A DNA stretch of 48,084 nt from a virus. Its lineage: Duplodnaviria > Caudoviricetes. The DNA lies in IMG/VR virus record IMGVR_UViG_3300046490_000071, positions 1-48,084 of that record, one strand, 5' to 3'. The notes under the pieces are model-generated. The model searched no databases and was not told the DNA's origin. It saw only the letters and a list, made by a program, of their open reading frames with translations. Positions 44,044 to 48,084 of this stretch are shown piece by piece (position 1 is the first letter of the stretch; every line of letters begins with the position of its first letter). The position numbers and the translations under genes were made by a program.

Positions 44044-44916
44044 ATGACAACGATTTCCTTTGACCCCTACAAGACCACGAACGCCTCGGGGTCGTTCAAC
44101 GTACAGTCCGACGGGCTGGTTCAGGGTACGGCGATGGACGATCCGTCGGCGCGGTATCGCCTGCGCGGTGGCGTACTGCTCTCCACCCAGACGAAGCCCA
44201 TGTGGGGCGGCGTCGGCATCAGCGAGACCACGAACCCGATCACCGGGCAGGTAGCGAACGGTGCCACGGGTGGCAGCATCATTCGCGCCACGAACCTCAC
44301 GCCGTACGCGGCAGGCACGCTCACCGGATTCTCGGTGTTCGACCAGAACTACTCGGCCATCAACACTCCGGGCAGCCCGGTTCCGCTCTCGAACTATCAG
44401 GTAAACCTGTATCCTCTGGGCTCGCTCGCCCGCATCGTGGTCAAGATCGACCCGGTGCTGGTGGACACCGAGAACAACGTCATTACGCAGAACGTGAGCT
44501 GGGACTTCGTCAATCAACTGCTGGTTCCGTACACCGGCACGCTCACCGTCAGCTCCGGCACCTACAACAACACGACCGGCGAGGTGGTACTCACCATGTC
44601 GGCTCCGGTCGCGTTCGACGCCGGAGACGCAGTCGTCGTCAGCGCGCTTACGGGAACGGGTGCCTACGCCAGCCTGGACGGCACGTTCACCAGCACCTAC
44701 GCCAGCGGCAGCGTGGTCAAGTACAACGCCGGGGCAGGCCTCGGCGCGTCGACGATCACGGGTGGTTCCCTGACCCTCGGGTCCGGCGCATCGGTGATCC
44801 TGCCGGTCAAGCTGCTGCAGGTGAATATCGGCAACAGCATGACGGTGGACTACGACGACGTCACCAAGCTGGCGACGTGGAACCGCACTGGCTCCGCCGC
44901 CGTCATCCAGATCTAA
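44044..44916 (+). CDS. Capsid decoration/minor capsid protein
   Basis: Between scaffold and major capsid; G.VQG.A.DDP..R..L.GG...MWGG.GI.E. Confidence 0.7.
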   Translation: MTTISFDPYKTTNASGSFNVQSDGLVQGTAMDDPSARYRLRGGVLLSTQTKPMWGGVGISETTNPITGQVANGATGGSIIRATNLTPYAAGTLTGFSVFDQNYSAINTPGSPVPLSNYQVNLYPLGSLARIVVKIDPVLVDTENNVITQNVSWDFVNQLLVPYTGTLTVSSGTYNNTTGEVVLTMSAPVAFDAGDAVVVSALTGTGAYASLDGTFTSTYASGSVVKYNAGAGLGASTITGGSLTLGSGASVILPVKLLQVNIGNSMTVDYDDVTKLATWNRTGSAAVIQI

Positions 44917-44948
44917 TCGGGCCGGAAGCCCTAAAGAGGAGTTGAGAA

Positions 44949-45968
44949 ATGCCCAATATCGCCCCGGCCTACACGCTCGTGAACCCGAGCTACATGATGC
45001 CGGAAGTCCTGCTGCCCTACTCGCAGGCGTCGGGGTTCGCAGAAACGCTGGCCACCGGTCAGCCGCTCGTGCGCCTCGGTAACGAAGACCTCGTGGCCTA
45101 CATCCGTCGTGCGGATATCCGCACCAAGATCGCGGCGGGCATGAGTGCGTACAACGAGCTGCCGTCCGTCGAGGTCGTGATGAGCATGGTCAGCACGCCG
45201 TCGTACCTGTTCCGAGTGCGCGCGGAGTACGACCACCACGACACCGCTGCTATGGGCAACTGGGGAGTTCCGATCGTGGCCGCCCAGCGCCTCGGCATGC
45301 GGCAGAGCCACTTTCAGATGCTGCGGACCGCGTGCCTGTTCGGCATGAACCCGGCCAACGGCGAGGGTCTAATCAACGCGGACGGCGTCACCACCGTTCC
45401 GATTCCCGCGGACAGCAACAGCAACGACACCGTCGTCACCTACGACAACGGCGAAATGGGGCTGTTCCTGAGCCAGCAGGTTCAGGCCATCAAGACCGCC
45501 ACCATGCAGCTCGGCATGGGACGCAAGTTCGTGTTTCTCGGACCGCAGCGCACGCTGGGTCAGTTCGAGTACAACGTCGTGCAGCTCACGCAGTTCCAGC
45601 GCCCCGGCGCGGGCACCGCGTCCACGGCCGGACTGGTCAAGGACGTTCTGGAAACGAATCATGACGAGATCCTGTGGTGCTACGACGACACGCTGAAGGG
45701 CGCTGGCGACAACGGAACCGACATCATCCTTATCGTGATGCCGGAGGTGGACGTCGCCGAGGACTCGCCGATCAACACCAACGAGTTCGCCAAGCTGCAG
45801 CCGGGCCTGGACGCCTGCACACTGCAGCTCTGCGACATGCTGGCGCCACGCGAGATTCCCACACCGATCCCCGGTGGGGCCATCGACATTCTGAGCGAGC
45901 TTCGCGCGACCTCGGGATGGCCGGTCCGTCCGGAGGCGGTGCGCGTTCTCGAGATCGCGTACCAGTAA
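44949..45968 (+). CDS. Major capsid protein (DUF2184-type head module)
   Basis: 339 aa; LFG......GLIN motif; position at the end of the head module. Confidence 0.8.
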   Translation: MPNIAPAYTLVNPSYMMPEVLLPYSQASGFAETLATGQPLVRLGNEDLVAYIRRADIRTKIAAGMSAYNELPSVEVVMSMVSTPSYLFRVRAEYDHHDTAAMGNWGVPIVAAQRLGMRQSHFQMLRTACLFGMNPANGEGLINADGVTTVPIPADSNSNDTVVTYDNGEMGLFLSQQVQAIKTATMQLGMGRKFVFLGPQRTLGQFEYNVVQLTQFQRPGAGTASTAGLVKDVLETNHDEILWCYDDTLKGAGDNGTDIILIVMPEVDVAEDSPINTNEFAKLQPGLDACTLQLCDMLAPREIPTPIPGGAIDILSELRATSGWPVRPEAVRVLEIAYQ

Positions 45969-45977
45969 GATCGTCCA

Positions 45978-46072
45978 GGTGCCGGGGCGGCTAACGCTCC
46001 GGCTCCCTGACCGCTAACGCGGCGAGTTCCTCCGCAGGAGGATCAGCGTGACAGCCGGGAGAGACCGGCACC
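45978..46072 (+). ncRNA. Candidate structured RNA after the major capsid gene
   Basis: Four hairpins within 95 nt; GCTAACGC repeated in two loops. Confidence 0.4.
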
Positions 46073-46092
46073 AATTTCCTTGGAGGGAAATC

Positions 46093-46641
46093 ATGAAACT
46101 CTACATCGCAAACTGCACGAAGAAGAATTACGAGCTGCACTATCGCATGCCCGAAGTCATGGGCGTGAGAATGCAGCCCGTGCGCGCCGGTCATCAGGTT
46201 GAGATCGCCGGTGACCTGAACCAGCCGCAGATCGACGTTGTCGTCAAGCACTTCAGCACGCGCTACGGCATGGTCTCCGTCACCAGCATCGATCGCACCA
46301 AGGCGTTCGTCGGGCTGTGCTACTCCACCGACAAGCCCATCAAGGTGGACGTCATCGCCCGCGCACTGCACCACAACGATCAAGTTCTGGTGTCCCGCGG
46401 GCAGGACATCCGTCGCGCCGCGGCGGTGTCCGTGAACAACGCCATCACCCAGCAGCTTCAAGAGTCTCGCGTTCCCGAGTCGCTCGGCGCTCTGGAGATG
46501 ACCGTTGACGAGGTGGACCGCGGCGGCAAGCCGGTGGACGGCGGTCTCAGGGAGGGCGTACTGGTGGACCCCAACGCACCGCCGGAGATGAAGATCACTA
46601 CCAAGAAGCCGCGCTCCAGCCGCCAGCGGGCCGACGCGTAG
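46093..46641 (+). CDS. Hypothetical head-module protein
   Basis: MKLYIANCTK....YR.PE; SD GGAGG. Confidence 0.7.
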   Translation: MKLYIANCTKKNYELHYRMPEVMGVRMQPVRAGHQVEIAGDLNQPQIDVVVKHFSTRYGMVSVTSIDRTKAFVGLCYSTDKPIKVDVIARALHHNDQVLVSRGQDIRRAAAVSVNNAITQQLQESRVPESLGALEMTVDEVDRGGKPVDGGLREGVLVDPNAPPEMKITTKKPRSSRQRADA

Positions 46642-46671
46642 TTCCAACTTTCTCATAGGAGCCAAGTCAAC

Positions 46672-47151
46672 ATGACTGGACAGAGCAGGATCACACCCAA
46701 CTCCCCCGGCTTTGGCCGGATCATGATCACGGATAACGGATCGCACCCCCCTGAGTTCTGGGCGCAGGTGACGGCCGAGCAGATCGCGCCGATCGCAGAA
46801 GATATGACCGGCGCTCGGCGTTTCGCGGCACTCTCCCTGCAGGCCAAGATCGCAGAAGCTCTGATTCCGCATCACGAGAAGGTGCAGGCGGACGAGTCCA
46901 CCAGACTAACGGCTGACGCGCGGCACAAGGATAGGGAAGTCCACCTTGACCAGATCGACTCTGCACATCTGGACGAGGTCATCTCGGATATCGTGGAGGC
47001 CGCGACCGGCACCGAGTGGGAGGACCACTTCAAGGATGCGGCTGTCCAGAAGCAGATCCGCTTCGAAATCGCTCGTCACTTCGCCAGCGTACAGCACGTG
47101 GCTCGCAGTTGGCACCGCACCAACCTCCTGAACAAGGGGAGTGAAGTCTGA
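46672..47151 (+). CDS. Hypothetical protein
   Basis: MITDNG.HPPE.WA..TA..I; SD AGGAG. Confidence 0.7.
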   Translation: MTGQSRITPNSPGFGRIMITDNGSHPPEFWAQVTAEQIAPIAEDMTGARRFAALSLQAKIAEALIPHHEKVQADESTRLTADARHKDREVHLDQIDSAHLDEVISDIVEAATGTEWEDHFKDAAVQKQIRFEIARHFASVQHVARSWHRTNLLNKGSEV

Positions 47152-47645
47152 TGGCTGGCTCAATCGCCACCGCGTTTCCGACGTCTTTCAAGGGCGAGCT
47201 CCCGCAGGCCGTCCACAACTTCACCATCACGACCGGCAACGTCTTCAAGTGCGCGCTGGTCGCGTCTGCGCTTACTGGCAACGTTGCGTACGGTGCCGCG
47301 ACCACCAACTACGGCGCGGGCTCCGGCACTCCGACTCAGGCAAACCTGGGCACCGACGAGCAGGCCAACGGTTCCGGCTACTCCACGGGCGGCTTTGCCT
47401 GGACGGCGGCGCAGAACCTCACGCCGCTCACCTCCGGAACGGGGGCGTACTGGCAGTGGTCCGTCAACCCGAGCTGGACGGGTCTTACCGCGTCCGTGGC
47501 GGGGTGCGAGATCTACAACTCGTCGGCGACCAATAAAGTCGTGTACGTGGGTTCGTTCGGTGGCACCCAGTCAGTCGTCAGCGGAACGCTGACGCTCGTC
47601 CAGCCCACCAACGGCGTCGGAACGTCTCTTCTTCAGTTGAACTGA
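47151..47645 (+). CDS. Virion structural protein
   Basis: TSFK.EL...HNF......FK.AL...G.GYS.GG...IYN....FG pattern. Confidence 0.7.
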   Translation: MAGSIATAFPTSFKGELPQAVHNFTITTGNVFKCALVASALTGNVAYGAATTNYGAGSGTPTQANLGTDEQANGSGYSTGGFAWTAAQNLTPLTSGTGAYWQWSVNPSWTGLTASVAGCEIYNSSATNKVVYVGSFGGTQSVVSGTLTLVQPTNGVGTSLLQLN

Positions 47646-47652
47646 CAACCAG

Positions 47653-48084
47653 ATGGCGTCGTACTACGTCTATTCAGGTGCGAGTGGAACGGGGGACGGT
47701 TCAAGCTGGACCAACGCCTACACCACACTGGTAACTGCGCTCTCAGGCAAGGCTGCCGGGAGCATCTACTACGTCGCCAATGATCACTCAGAGTCGAGCG
47801 CTGCTGAGATTGACCTGACGTTCAACGGAACAGCCAGCGCGGTTGACGAGGTGCTGTGCGTCAGTCGGGCTGGTTCCGTCCCCCCGGTTGCAGCAGACTT
47901 GACCACGGGCGGTCAGGTGGCGACGACAGGAACAGCATTTCTGATCGCTGGTTATTTGTCAGGATCTGTGTATATCTACGGACTGACATTCCGTGGAGGA
48001 AATGGTTCTGGCGGCTGCGCGCTGTACTTGAAATACAACAGCTTCGTGATGTTCACGCTTGACCACTGCACGCTGTCGCTGGGC
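47653..48084 (+). CDS. Partial beta-helix-like fibre/spike protein (runs off the window)
   Basis: YYV..GA.G.GDGSSWTNAYTTL motif; frame open to the window end; not in the supplied ORF track. Confidence 0.65.
   Translation, partial: MASYYVYSGASGTGDGSSWTNAYTTLVTALSGKAAGSIYYVANDHSESSAAEIDLTFNGTASAVDEVLCVSRAGSVPPVAADLTTGGQVATTGTAFLIAGYLSGSVYIYGLTFRGGNGSGGCALYLKYNSFVMFTLDHCTLSLG

Noticed and set aside
43102-44517. Long minus-strand ORFs opposite structural genes (also 40212-41168, 37994-38800, 32292-33260)
   Set aside because: Typical GC-rich antisense shadows with no recognisable motifs.

Overview
A 48 kb, GC-rich stretch of a tailed dsDNA phage genome; the host is probably alphaproteobacterial (inferred from gene content). 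No host genes, integrase, tRNA, rRNA or CRISPR array were seen. Gene order: end of the tail module (tail fibre with S74 chaperone) and lysis genes (1-4833, +); a bidirectional terminator; a leftward early and accessory block (4.9-17.0 kb: Acb2-like anti-CBASS sponge, adenine MTase, DUF3307, degenerate serine-resolvase protein, HNH, DEDDh exonuclease, XRE HTH, Bet/RecT, 5'-3' exonuclease), interrupted by a small rightward denV operon; a rightward replication and accessory block (17.1-35.2 kb: Cro-like, GapR-like, RuvC-like, MTase, DnaB, T5orf172 nuclease, replication initiator with iterons, DUF5131, Lar, ParB-MTase, ASCH, NusG paralogue); and packaging and head genes (35.4-48 kb: TerS, TerL, DUF1073 portal, gpF/gp7, NUDIX-DUF2213, scaffold, decoration protein, major capsid). 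Most notable: (1) an apparently catalytically dead serine-resolvase derivative facing a denV operon across overlapping divergent promoters that share one palindromic operator; (2) a cluster of GTAAC(S)GTTAC palindromes around the ParB-MTase and terminase region; (3) an Acb2-like sponge; (4) a NUDIX-DUF2213-scaffold gene split by a GIY-YIG remnant with a duplicated junction; (5) a G10 tract that frameshifts the ParB-MTase; (6) a tail fibre with a signal-peptide-like N-terminus. All family assignments come from motif recognition by eye; no database searches were run.
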